Made by a program: the position numbers and the translations under genes
From: Clostridia bacterium
Lineage (GTDB): Bacteria; Bacillota; Clostridia; UBA1212; UBA1255
Assembly: GCA_016287565.1 (NCBI GenBank)
Contig: JAEFAM010000001.1
Span: forward strand, 6,947-70,946
Direction: 5' to 3'
DNA: 64,000 nucleotides
The notes under the pieces: model-generated
What the model saw: the letters and a program-made list of their open reading frames with translations, nothing else
Told to the model about the DNA's origin: nothing
Databases searched by the model: none
Part shown: positions 30,763 through 38,895 of the stretch, one piece after another
Numbering within the stretch: the first letter of the stretch is position 1
Layout: each line of letters opens with the position of its first letter

Positions 30763-31645
30763 TTCCTTCCTTCTTCTTCATAGTAAACAGCTTTTTGATC
30801 AGGACCGTCTGTAAAATACCGAAAACGTTGCTGACGATCCAGTAAAATCCAAGTCCGGCGGGAACCATGAAACCGATAACCAGCGTCATCAGCGGCATAA
30901 GTTTCATAACGCCGTTGAGACCCTGCATGCCGGGCTGGGAGCCGTCTTCTTTCTTCTTTTTAGGCCCGTTGTTGACGAGGTTCGTGATCCACATCTGAAG
31001 ATAGGACGAAGCCACCGCCAGCAGCGGAATGAGTAAAAGCGGGAGATACGTTTTCCACTCGCTGCCGTAAGCCCAGAAATCCACTCTGGGAACGAGGCCC
31101 AGGTCAAATATCTTGAGGAAGGTCATATTGATAGGCTGGCAGTTGGCGATCTCGGTAAACTGCTCCACGTAGCCGTTGCGGAAAAACGTATTGACGCTGA
31201 TCTGGTCCGAACCCACCTTCTGAGAAGCCGCCTCGGCGATCTCCTTCGCCTTGTCCGACAACGCGGTTATCGTGGCTTTGGAAAGTTTCGCGATATAGGA
31301 AAGAGGGCTTCTGATGATGGTATAGACCGCAATGATGATGGGGAACTGGAGAAGCGTGGGAAGGCAGCCGCTGTACGGATTGATCTTATACTTGGAGTAA
31401 AGATTCATCTGCTCTTCCTGTATCTTTTTATTGTCCCCGTTGTATTTGTTTTTGATGGCCTCCAGCTCCGGCGCCAGCGCCTGCTGCCTGGCCATGCTTC
31501 TCTGCTGCTTGACGTTCAGTGGAAGCAGCAGGATCTTCACAAAAAGAGTAAACACAATAATGGCAAGCCCGTAGTTCTGGAATGCCAGATTATTGTAAAT
31601 AAACTCCATTATGACCCCGAAGGGCTTCGCTATAAATTCAAACAT
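30755..31645 (-). CDS. yidC: Membrane protein insertase YidC/SpoIIIJ family
   Basis: The ATG at 31645 (MFEFIAKPFG...) avoids the 43-nt overlap with yidD implied by the GTG at 31705. Motifs: NYGLAIIVFTLFVKILLLPL and a basic C-terminus. Confidence 0.9.
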   Translation of the reverse strand: MFEFIAKPFGVIMEFIYNNLAFQNYGLAIIVFTLFVKILLLPLNVKQQRSMARQQALAPELEAIKNKYNGDNKKIQEEQMNLYSKYKINPYSGCLPTLLQFPIIIAVYTIIRSPLSYIAKLSKATITALSDKAKEIAEAASQKVGSDQISVNTFFRNGYVEQFTEIANCQPINMTFLKIFDLGLVPRVDFWAYGSEWKTYLPLLLIPLLAVASSYLQMWITNLVNNGPKKKKEDGSQPGMQGLNGVMKLMPLMTLVIGFMVPAGLGFYWIVSNVFGILQTVLIKKLFTMKKKEGSV

Positions 31646-31662
31646 ACGGTAAAAGTCGCTTT

Positions 31663-31875
31663 CTAAGGCACATGATCCACGCCGCCGGCCGAAAAGGGAT
31701 TGCACCTGAGAATACGGTATACGGCAAGCCCGCCGCCTTTAATGACACCGTGTTTCTCTATCGCTTCAATAGCGTAGGTACTGCAGGACGGATAGAACCT
31801 GCAGCAGGGCTTTTTCAAAGGAGAAATATACTTCTTATACGCTTTTATCGGCGCAATAAAGACCTTTTTCAGCAT
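31663..31875 (-). CDS. yidD: Membrane protein insertion efficiency factor YidD
   Basis: [19 protein letters not shown] motif, 70 aa. Confidence 0.9.
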   Translation of the reverse strand: MLKKVFIAPIKAYKKYISPLKKPCCRFYPSCSTYAIEAIEKHGVIKGGGLAVYRILRCNPFSAGGVDHVP

Positions 31876-32237
31876 AATAATTTCAGCTTGTCAAGCAGCA
31901 GCCGGACTTCGTGATCGATCTCTTTAAAAGAAGGGACGTATTCTGCTTTAAACTTCCTGTTGTTTGCAGGGGCTGTCTTTTTTCCGTTTCTGACCATAAA
32001 TACGATATCGAAACCCTGCTTAAGCGAAGGCCGTATCCCGCGGTAACTTTCTCTGATAAGTCTCTTGATGCGGTTGCGCTGAACGCTGTTGCCGAATTTC
32101 CTGCCGACGGAGATGCCGAAAAGGCTCTTCCCCTGCCGGTCCGGAACGGCGTAGACCACGAGAAACCGCCCTGCCTTGTATTTTCCCTTTTTATAAGCTC
32201 TCTGGAAGTCTCTGTTTTGCTTGAGTGTGACAGTCAT
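31869..32237 (-). CDS. rnpA: RNase P protein component
   Basis: Basic 122-aa protein with the RNR-like motif NRIKRLIRE, directly downstream of rpmH. Confidence 0.92.
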   Translation of the reverse strand: MTVTLKQNRDFQRAYKKGKYKAGRFLVVYAVPDRQGKSLFGISVGRKFGNSVQRNRIKRLIRESYRGIRPSLKQGFDIVFMVRNGKKTAPANNRKFKAEYVPSFKEIDHEVRLLLDKLKLLC

Positions 32238-32301
32238 TTGTCGTCTCCGGCCGGGAACCCGGGCGCCTGGGCGCCTCGAAGCCCCTGCCTGTGCATTTAT
32301 A

Positions 32302-32436
32302 TTATGCGGAAAGGACTTTTCTGCCCTTCAGACGTCTTCTTCTGAGTACTTTTCTGCCGTTGGCAGTGCTCATTCTGGATCTGAAGCCGTGAACCTTTTT
32401 TCTCTGTCTGGTCTTGGGTTGAAAAGGTCTGATCAT
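32302..32436 (-). CDS. rpmH: 50S ribosomal protein L34 (too short for the ORF track)
   Basis: Hand translation of the minus strand gives [44 protein letters not shown], 44 aa. An RBS (GGGGG) lies upstream. Confidence 0.95.
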   Translation of the reverse strand: MIRPFQPKTRQRKKVHGFRSRMSTANGRKVLRRRRLKGRKVLSA

Positions 32437-32511
32437 ATCTGACACCCCCTGCTTTCGTATTTCCATGCTTTTTCCGGCCGTTTCTTAGCGGCGCAAAATA
32501 AAGCAAATTAG

Positions 32512-32540
32512 ATTCTAACATTAATTTTTGACAATGTCAA
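32512..32540 (-). promoter_or_regulatory. Near-consensus sigma-A promoter for rpmH-rnpA operon (TTGACA-17-TAGAAT)
   Basis: On the minus strand the -35 TTGACA lies at 32540-32535 and the -10 TAGAAT at 32517-32512, with a 17-nt spacer. The -35 sits inside the palindrome TTGACAATGTCAA. Confidence 0.6.
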
Positions 32541-32587
32541 ACCGGATTTTTTCCGGATCGTTCCGCGGCAACACTCCGGCCGCCTGC

Positions 32588-33607
32588 TCATTCTGCCCCG
32601 CCGGGAGCATCCTCCCCCAGCACGCGCCGGTAAACGTCAATAAGTTCCCGCCCGACCTTGCCGATCTCTCTCGACCTGGCCACTTCGAACCCCGCCTCCG
32701 TCAACGCAGGCAGCCTGCCTTCGATGATGCCGCAGATCCGCTCCTTAAACCCTTCCTGCGAGTCCGCCATATAGACGTTGACGCCGTCCTCCAGCCAGCC
32801 CTCGAAGACGGGAATGTTCCGGACCAGCGCAGGGACGCCGCAGGCGCAGGCCTCCATTGCCGGGATCCCCTCCGTCTCCTCGTGAGTGGGAAACCAGTAA
32901 AGATCCGCGCCGTTCATTGCCGCCTTTATCCCCGCCGGTTCAACGTATCCCGGGAACTGAAGGTTCGGCAGCTTCGTCCTGACCGCTTTTCTGATCTTCC
33001 GGGGCACGATCGCCAGGTTCGTATAGCCGAACCAGATGAATTTGTATTGAGGCAGCTGCTTCGCCATATCGACGAAATCGAGTATGCCCTTGCGCTCGAG
33101 GAAAAGCCCGATGCCCACGACCACCTTGTCATCCGGAGAAAAACCGTATTTTTCCCTGAATTCGGCGCCGGCGGCCTTGTCCGGACCGAAAAACGACAGG
33201 TCGATGCCGTTGGACAGCGCCGTAATGTTTTTGAGCCCGTACCCCTCCAGCAGCCGCTTGGAATAAGGCGTGGGCGTGATGATGGCATCCCCCAGCGAAT
33301 AGCATTTGCATATCCATTTTTTAAACAGCGGCGCGATCAGATTTGATAATATAAACGAATTTCTGAAGTCTTCTTCGGTGGAATGTGCGTGATAAACCAC
33401 CTTAACGCCCTTTTTCCGCTCTTTTTTCGCGCGGAAATAGGACCTGAGCCCGTAATGATTCAGGTGGATTATATCATGGGGGTCTTTGAACGACCTGGTG
33501 TACTCGACGCCGTTGTCCTCCAGCGCCCGGATCTGATGCTGTATCGCCTTGCCGAGCCCTGATTTCGAGGACAGTTTTTCAAATTCGGTATAAAGGAGAA
33601 CTTTCAT
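32588..33607 (-). CDS. GT4-family glycosyltransferase (glycolipid synthase-like)
   Basis: GT-B fold with the EX7E-type C-terminal region (THEETEGIPAMEACACGVPALV). It overlaps the upstream GT4 gene by 4 nt. Confidence 0.8.
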   Translation of the reverse strand: MKVLLYTEFEKLSSKSGLGKAIQHQIRALEDNGVEYTRSFKDPHDIIHLNHYGLRSYFRAKKERKKGVKVVYHAHSTEEDFRNSFILSNLIAPLFKKWICKCYSLGDAIITPTPYSKRLLEGYGLKNITALSNGIDLSFFGPDKAAGAEFREKYGFSPDDKVVVGIGLFLERKGILDFVDMAKQLPQYKFIWFGYTNLAIVPRKIRKAVRTKLPNLQFPGYVEPAGIKAAMNGADLYWFPTHEETEGIPAMEACACGVPALVRNIPVFEGWLEDGVNVYMADSQEGFKERICGIIEGRLPALTEAGFEVARSREIGKVGRELIDVYRRVLGEDAPGGAE

Positions 33608-34917
33608 TTCTCTTCCGTACGATCGTCTTCTCTGCGGCCGTCCGCGCCGTCTTCGACGCCGCCGTCGTTTCCGCCGTCAACGCTTTTCTCTTCCGCGTTC
33701 TTCTCTTCCGCGCCGCTCCTGCCGGACTTCTCTTTTTTAAGCCTGCGCTCTTCGGCCTTGCGGCGGATGACAACTTCGTAACGCCTTCTGGCGCTGCGTA
33801 TTGACTCTTCCCAGGAAAGGTATAGGAGCTCCTGCGCCCTGGCGCCCAGCTCCTTCAGCCACTCGGGCCTTGACGACGCTTCGAGCAGTATCTTCGCAAA
33901 ACTTTCAGCCGTTTCTTCCGACGCCAGAAGCCCCGAGACTCCGTCCACCACGTCTTCCGCGGCGCAGCTTCCGCCGATGAGCGCCGAAGGGCAGGCGCAG
34001 GCGGCGGCTTCTTTCACCACCAGGCCGGAAGTATCGTAGGTCGATGAGAACAGGAACAGATCCGCGCGGCTGAAAAAGGCCCTTACCTTCTCCCTTTCGG
34101 TGACCTTGCCGGTAAATATGGTCCTGTCTCCCAGCCCGATCTCCGCTGCGTACGCTTCGATCTCCGGGCAGTCCGGACCGTCTCCCACGAAAAACATTTT
34201 AAAGTCAACGCCTTCGTCGGCCAGGATCCTGAGCGCGTCGATCGTCAGCTTCAGGTTCTTGTACCACATCATTCTGCCGCAATACATGAATACCAGCGGG
34301 CAGTCCGCCGTGCCGTATTCCGCATCGATTGCCCGGATCTCCTCGTCGGAGACCTTTCCCTTCGGAAAATCCGTGCCGTTGGGCATTATCAGCGTGTCTC
34401 CGTAATATCCTATGGTGTGAAGGCTCTCTAAAGTACCGTTGGAAACGATCCACACCTCGTCCGCTTTTTTCACGTTTCTAAGCACGAAATCGGTGCTGAT
34501 CTTCCTTGAAAGCTTCTTCTGCACGAACCGTTTGATGTCCAGGTCGAATTTGGTATGGTACGTCACCACCAGCGGAGGCTTCGATTCCGAATGCGAAATG
34601 ACCAGGTCCGCGATGACGGAAGACGCAAAGGGAGAATGCACGTGTATCAGGTCGAAGTTTTTCTTTGCAATATTATGTATGGAATAAGGCGAAAAGGGAT
34701 TTCCCACCCGGTAAGGCATGTCTCCGCCGAACTTCAGGGACGTATATCTGTAGACCTCGAAAGGATAATCGTCCACAACGCCGGGATATTTTGGCGTGAC
34801 AACGGTGACCTCGTCACCCATCTCGTGCAGGATCCTGGCGTAGTTGATCATCGTATTCGCTACTCCGTCAATGGTAGGCGGAAACGAGTCGTTAAACAGG
34901 CCTATTTTCAATATCAT
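33604..34917 (-). CDS. GT4-family glycosyltransferase with charged C-terminal tail
   Basis: The N-terminus MILKIGLFNDSFPPTIDGVANT is typical of GT4 diacylglycerol glycosyltransferases. The start is uncertain: 34917, 34926, or TTG at 34974. The C-terminal ~70 aa are Lys/Glu/Asp/Gly-rich. Confidence 0.75.
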   Translation of the reverse strand: MILKIGLFNDSFPPTIDGVANTMINYARILHEMGDEVTVVTPKYPGVVDDYPFEVYRYTSLKFGGDMPYRVGNPFSPYSIHNIAKKNFDLIHVHSPFASSVIADLVISHSESKPPLVVTYHTKFDLDIKRFVQKKLSRKISTDFVLRNVKKADEVWIVSNGTLESLHTIGYYGDTLIMPNGTDFPKGKVSDEEIRAIDAEYGTADCPLVFMYCGRMMWYKNLKLTIDALRILADEGVDFKMFFVGDGPDCPEIEAYAAEIGLGDRTIFTGKVTEREKVRAFFSRADLFLFSSTYDTSGLVVKEAAACACPSALIGGSCAAEDVVDGVSGLLASEETAESFAKILLEASSRPEWLKELGARAQELLYLSWEESIRSARRRYEVVIRRKAEERRLKKEKSGRSGAEEKNAEEKSVDGGNDGGVEDGADGRREDDRTEEK

Positions 34918-36172
34918 CCCCCGCATTTCCGCCGTCGGTCGATTCCGCCCCGGCCGTTTCGTACGCTTCGTCAATTTCGGTAATTTCAGTAATTTCGCCG
35001 GTCTCGTCTGTCACGTCGATTTCGTTGCCCTCGCCGACCGTGTCGACCGCGACGATCTCTTCGACCGTTTCGGGTCCCTCGACAACTTCGGCTTCTTCGG
35101 CCTCTTCGACCGTTTCGGCTTCCTCGGCCTTTTTCCTGAGCTTCCTGATCCGGCTCTCCTTCTTCGCCTTGCCGATCCTCATGGCGAAAAACACACCCAC
35201 GATTATCGTCAGATAGAAGCTGATGAATCTCCAGAGTATCACCGCAAGCGCCAGCTGTCCCTCCTCCGGATAAAAGCTGCTGAAGAACAGACTGAACGAC
35301 GCCTCCGCTCCGACACCGGCGCCCGGAATGGGAACGAACGACGACACCATCATAACAAACCCCTGTGCCCCTATTATAGTCACGAGACCCACTTCGTTCA
35401 AGCCGAAAGCCCTGTAAACGAAATAAGACACGGAAAAATAGAACAGCAGCTGGAGCGTTGAAAATATAAAGCACAATATCACCGTGGGAAGATTTTTAAA
35501 CATTTTCCCGAAAGTATCGTGAAAATGGGCAAGACTTTCTTCCGCTGCGGCCAGCGTCTCCTCTTTGTTTTTAACTATCTTGAGCTTCGCCCCGATCCTG
35601 ATGAGCAGCCGGCAGATATGATCCGCGATGCCTTTGAACCTGCCGATGACGGTCATTATGACGAGCACGCTGAGGTTGACAACGTATCCGACGACCACGA
35701 GCCAGATGAAATTCGGCACCGTGCGCCGGAAAAAGTCCCACTTCACTATGAGAAGAACGGTGGACAACAGCACGAGCGCCGTCTGGTATATCAGAAATTT
35801 GATCAGCAGCGCGCTGGCGGTGACGCCCACGTCCCTGCCCTTCTTAGATAGATAATACACCTGGAAAGGTTGACCGCCGGTAGAGAACGGCGTAATGGCC
35901 GAAAAATATTGACCGCCCATATTGGCGCTCAAACTGTCGATGAAAGGCTCTTTCCCGTAGAACCGCCTTAAAAGCACGTGCAGCGCGCAGGTCTCGCTGA
36001 GCCAGAACATTGCCATGCATAAAACCGCCCCCAGAAGCCACCAGGGATTAAGCGTCATAAGAGATCTGAAAAGCGCGGCGGGGTCGTTGTAAATAAGAAT
36101 AAAGCCGATAACTACAATGCCGCAGGAAATGCATATGAACAATTCTATTTTTTTCGACTTCAACTGCAGCAT
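34892..36172 (-). CDS. UPF0104 / MprF-N-terminal-like (flippase-like) polytopic membrane protein with acidic tail
   Basis: About 8 TM helices, the conserved GGQPFQVYYL-type segment, and a ~90-aa Glu/Thr/Val-rich C-terminal tail. It is the first gene of the GT4-GT4 operon. Confidence 0.75.
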   Translation of the reverse strand: MLQLKSKKIELFICISCGIVVIGFILIYNDPAALFRSLMTLNPWWLLGAVLCMAMFWLSETCALHVLLRRFYGKEPFIDSLSANMGGQYFSAITPFSTGGQPFQVYYLSKKGRDVGVTASALLIKFLIYQTALVLLSTVLLIVKWDFFRRTVPNFIWLVVVGYVVNLSVLVIMTVIGRFKGIADHICRLLIRIGAKLKIVKNKEETLAAAEESLAHFHDTFGKMFKNLPTVILCFIFSTLQLLFYFSVSYFVYRAFGLNEVGLVTIIGAQGFVMMVSSFVPIPGAGVGAEASFSLFFSSFYPEEGQLALAVILWRFISFYLTIIVGVFFAMRIGKAKKESRIRKLRKKAEEAETVEEAEEAEVVEGPETVEEIVAVDTVGEGNEIDVTDETGEITEITEIDEAYETAGAESTDGGNAGDDIENRPV

Positions 36173-36217
36173 CCTTTCTCTTAATCTTTAGTAAGGCGAT
36201 ATTCTGTCGCTCCGGTA

Positions 36218-36246
36218 AGTCTATCATAAAAGCGGCCGGATTTCAA
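36218..36246 (-). promoter_or_regulatory. Candidate promoter of the UPF0104-GT4-GT4 operon (TTGAAA-17-TAGACT)
   Basis: On the minus strand the -35 lies at 36246-36241 and the -10 at 36223-36218, about 45 nt upstream of the ATG at 36172. Confidence 0.4.
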
Positions 36247-36395
36247 GGCAGGAAAAAACATGCTTTTTTTATTCCCTTGCAGCATACTGAAGCTGCTCTC
36301 GCGGCAGGATCTGCATTGTGATCAACTTTGAGAAGCTTCGATTATTCTTCTTATTAAAAAAGTTGCTGATATCATAGATTTTTTTGCTGAGTTTT

Positions 36396-36755
36396 CTCAT
36401 TTGAGCCGGCTGGTTCTGTCTCGGCGTATAAAAAAAACGAAAGTTAAGTAAAATCACCTTTTTTACCCCGCTTTTACTTAACTTTGCTCTGCCCGTTTGA
36501 AACTATCGCTCATTTCTTCAGGTCGTTAATTTGGGACTGTCAACACTGTTTTATGAACATTGTCGTACCTTCTGGATAAAGAGCAATTTCGTGAAGGCTA
36601 CCCGACTGCCATCAAGATTCTTAACTAATCGATCCAACTGTCTTGCCCAACATAACAAACAATTTCGATCCAGAGACAGAGCCGGACGGGTCAAATGAGC
36701 AACAATGTAAGTAAAACCGCAAAAAAACGGCCGTTTTACTTAACTCTCATTTTTT
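36396..36755. repeat. Structured non-coding block: 29-bp imperfect inverted repeat pair plus two related AT-rich hairpins with T-runs
   Basis: IR-L at 36396-36424 and IR-R at 36671-36699 match in 24/29 positions when reverse-complemented. Hairpin 1 has 14-bp stems at 36440-36453 and 36472-36485, with an A8 run at 36430-36437 (T8 on the minus strand). Hairpin 2 pairs taagtaaaac (36708-36717) with gttttactta (36733-36742), followed by T6 at 36750-36755. Both share TTTTACTTAACT. Confidence 0.8.
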
Positions 36756-36920
36756 AAAACCTCCGAAACGGGCAACAAAACGGCAATGCCGGCGCGCGCC
36801 AAGGTTGAATAGTAAAGCCGAGGCATTATGGGGTGATATAGTAAAGTTGGAGTATGACTTCACCAACGTTAACTGTGATTCCCCGGTCTGTCGTTTTCAT
36901 TGAAGCAAGAGACGCTTTCC

Positions 36921-36965
36921 AAATCTAAAAACCTTTAAAAATCTCGAAAAAATCTAAAAAAATCT
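36921..36965. repeat. Phased A-tract repeats (A3-7 TCT x4)
   Basis: ATCT cores lie at 36923, 36941, 36952 and 36962, with spacings of 18, 11 and 10 bp. They are about 20 bp left of the first DnaA box. Confidence 0.7.
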
Positions 36966-36984
36966 CTTCCTATATATTGGGGAG

Positions 36985-37018
36985 TTATCCACAGGCAATA
37001 ACTACCCCTTGTGGATAA
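36985..37018. promoter_or_regulatory. oriC upstream half: two perfect consensus DnaA boxes in inverted orientation
   Basis: TTATCCACA at 36985-36993 and TGTGGATAA at 37010-37018, about 240 bp upstream of dnaA. Confidence 0.85.
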
Positions 37019-37064
37019 CTGTATTTTTTGCTGTTTTTTGTCAAAAATTCAAAAAATATATTTG

Positions 37065-37094
37065 TTGCAAACAGTTTTTTTCTTCTGCTATATT
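37065..37094 (+). promoter_or_regulatory. Candidate dnaA promoter (TTGCAA-18-TATATT)
   Basis: -35 at 37065-37070 and -10 at 37089-37094, just downstream of the DnaA boxes, consistent with autoregulation. The assignment is weak. Confidence 0.35.
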
Positions 37095-37257
37095 ACGGGC
37101 GTAACAGTTTTTAGTGCTTTCGCGGTCTTCTTTCGGAGCGCCGACGACATATATATCACACTTAAGACTAATTTTTCAAATGATAAAGCTTCCGAGGCAG
37201 TCTCTGTTTTCCGGATGAAAGAGTGCGCTTAAAATTACACGAAAGGACTTGGCCGCA

Positions 37258-38622
37258 ATGACTGCCCCGAGTTACACCGACGAGCACCTCAGTTCTATCT
37301 GGAAGAAGTGCCTTGAAGAGCTGAAAAACCAGATCTCGCCCATTGAATTCGATTCATTTATAGAGCCCATAAACCTTGAAGATATCTACGGCGGCGTAGC
37401 TTATCTCACCGTGCCCAGCGAGTTTTACATCCAGCAGATCGAGAAAAAGTATTTTGCCGCCATAAAGAACGTTTTGATGGAATGCACGAAGAGCTACCTT
37501 TCCCTTCAGTTCTACGAGAAGGAAAAGTACAGCAAAGTGCGCTCCGAAAAGACCAAATCGGTCAATTTCGACTCACATCTGAACAAGCAGTATACCTTCG
37601 ATTCGTTCATCGTGGGCAACAACAACCGCATGGCCTGCGCAGCTGCCATCGCCATCTCCGAATCTCCCGGCACCGCGTACAATCCGTTTTTCATCTACGG
37701 CCAGTCCGGCCTCGGAAAGACCCACCTTATGCACGCCATCGGAAACAAGATACTCGAAAACGATCCCACGAAAAAAGTATTGTACGTGACCTCCGAAACG
37801 TTCACCAATGAATTCGTTGACGCCATCACGCACAAGACCAACGAGGAGTTCCGGAACAAATACAGAAACATCGACGTGCTGCTCGTTGACGACATACAGT
37901 TCCTGTCCAAGATGGAACGTACCCAGGAAGAATTCTTCTACACCTTCAACGCTCTGTACGACGCCAAGCATCAGATCGTCATCTCCTGCGACAGCCCTCT
38001 GAGCAAGATCGAGATTCTCGAAGAGCGGCTCAGGACCAGGTTCGCCTGGGGCCTCATCGCGGACGTTCAGGCGCCGGACTACGAGACCAAAGTCGCCATC
38101 CTCAACAGAAAGGCCGAAGAAAAAGCCATCGACGTGGACAACGAGATCCTGGACTACATCGCTTCCTACACCGGCGACAACATCCGCGAGCTGGAAGGCG
38201 TCATCAACCATCTGTCAATGGCGCTCCACCAGGGCCAGGAGATCGACCTGAACCTCGCCAAAGAAGCGTTAAAACATATATCCGACGATAATTTGCATGA
38301 ACTCACCGAGGGTGTTATAATTGACTCGGTATCAAGATTTTTCGGTATAAGCGTAGAAGATCTGTTATCAAAAAAACGAAATAAAGAGCTGGTCTTCCCC
38401 AGACAGATCGCCATGTATCTCTGCAGGACACTGCTGGATATGTCATTCCCCAACATAGGAAAGGCGTTCAACGGAAAAGACCACTCGACTGTAATGTACG
38501 CCGTTGAACAGATATCTAACCATATCGAGGTCAACAGCGAACTGCAGAAGACGGTAGATGAACTTAAGAAGTTTATCAGCAGCGGAAGCCCCATCGCAAA
38601 CTCCGTAAAAGCCCAGGCCTGA
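37258..38622 (+). CDS. dnaA: Chromosomal replication initiator DnaA
   Basis: GQSGLGKTHLMHAIGN, VLLVDDIQFL, and a C-terminal DNA-binding domain (DHSTVMYA). The ATG at 37258 is preferred over the TTG at 37249, which lies only 2 nt after AAGGA. Confidence 0.97.
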   Translation: MTAPSYTDEHLSSIWKKCLEELKNQISPIEFDSFIEPINLEDIYGGVAYLTVPSEFYIQQIEKKYFAAIKNVLMECTKSYLSLQFYEKEKYSKVRSEKTKSVNFDSHLNKQYTFDSFIVGNNNRMACAAAIAISESPGTAYNPFFIYGQSGLGKTHLMHAIGNKILENDPTKKVLYVTSETFTNEFVDAITHKTNEEFRNKYRNIDVLLVDDIQFLSKMERTQEEFFYTFNALYDAKHQIVISCDSPLSKIEILEERLRTRFAWGLIADVQAPDYETKVAILNRKAEEKAIDVDNEILDYIASYTGDNIRELEGVINHLSMALHQGQEIDLNLAKEALKHISDDNLHELTEGVIIDSVSRFFGISVEDLLSKKRNKELVFPRQIAMYLCRTLLDMSFPNIGKAFNGKDHSTVMYAVEQISNHIEVNSELQKTVDELKKFISSGSPIANSVKAQA

Positions 38623-38660
38623 CCGGAAAACGCAAATAACACTGCGCCGCGACCGCTGAT

Positions 38661-38828
38661 TTTTCCACAGTTCACCTGTTGAAAAGTGGAAAAACAAGTG
38701 TGGAAAACTTTTTACGTTCAACGGCCTGTGGAAACTGTGGAAAACGTACGAGCAGTTTCAACAGCTTTTTCAACATGGAAAAAGCATTGAAAAATGTGGC
38801 GGCAAGCCGCTTTTCCACATAATCCACA
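38661..38828. promoter_or_regulatory. oriC downstream half: array of 7 DnaA boxes (mostly TTTTCCACA type)
   Basis: TTTTCCACA at 38661-38669; AGTGGAAAA at 38685-38693; TGTGGAAAA at 38699-38707; TGTGGAAAC at 38727-38735; TGTGGAAAA at 38736-38744; TTTTCCACA at 38811-38819; TAATCCACA at 38820-38828. Confidence 0.85.
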
Positions 38829-38832
38829 GCTC

Positions 38833-38850
38833 CTACTACTATTACTACTA
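38833..38850 (+). promoter_or_regulatory. DnaA-trio run (CTA CTA CTA TTA CTA CTA; complement reads 3'-GAT-5' repeats)
   Basis: It follows the tandem boxes 38811-38828 after a 4-nt GC spacer (GCTC). This is the same layout as the B. subtilis box6-box7/GC-cluster/trio unwinding module. Confidence 0.7.
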
Positions 38851-38880
38851 ACATAACAATTAATAAAAGAAAAATAAGCG
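38851..38880. promoter_or_regulatory. AT-rich candidate DNA unwinding element
   Basis: acataacaattaataaaagaaaaataagcg is strongly AT-rich, lying between the trios and the dnaN RBS. Confidence 0.5.
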
Positions 38881-38895
38881 CCGGAGGAGAAAAAA

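Noticed and set aside
36269-36457. 62-aa minus-strand ORF in the oriC-left non-coding region
   Set aside because: It starts inside the hairpin-1 stem and has no RBS and a low-complexity sequence. It is more likely non-coding structure. The inverted repeat and hairpins are reported as a finding instead.
37011-37232. 73-aa plus-strand ORF starting at a GTG inside the second DnaA box
   Set aside because: It overlaps the DnaA box and the probable dnaA promoter/leader. It is Phe-rich because of T-runs and has no RBS.
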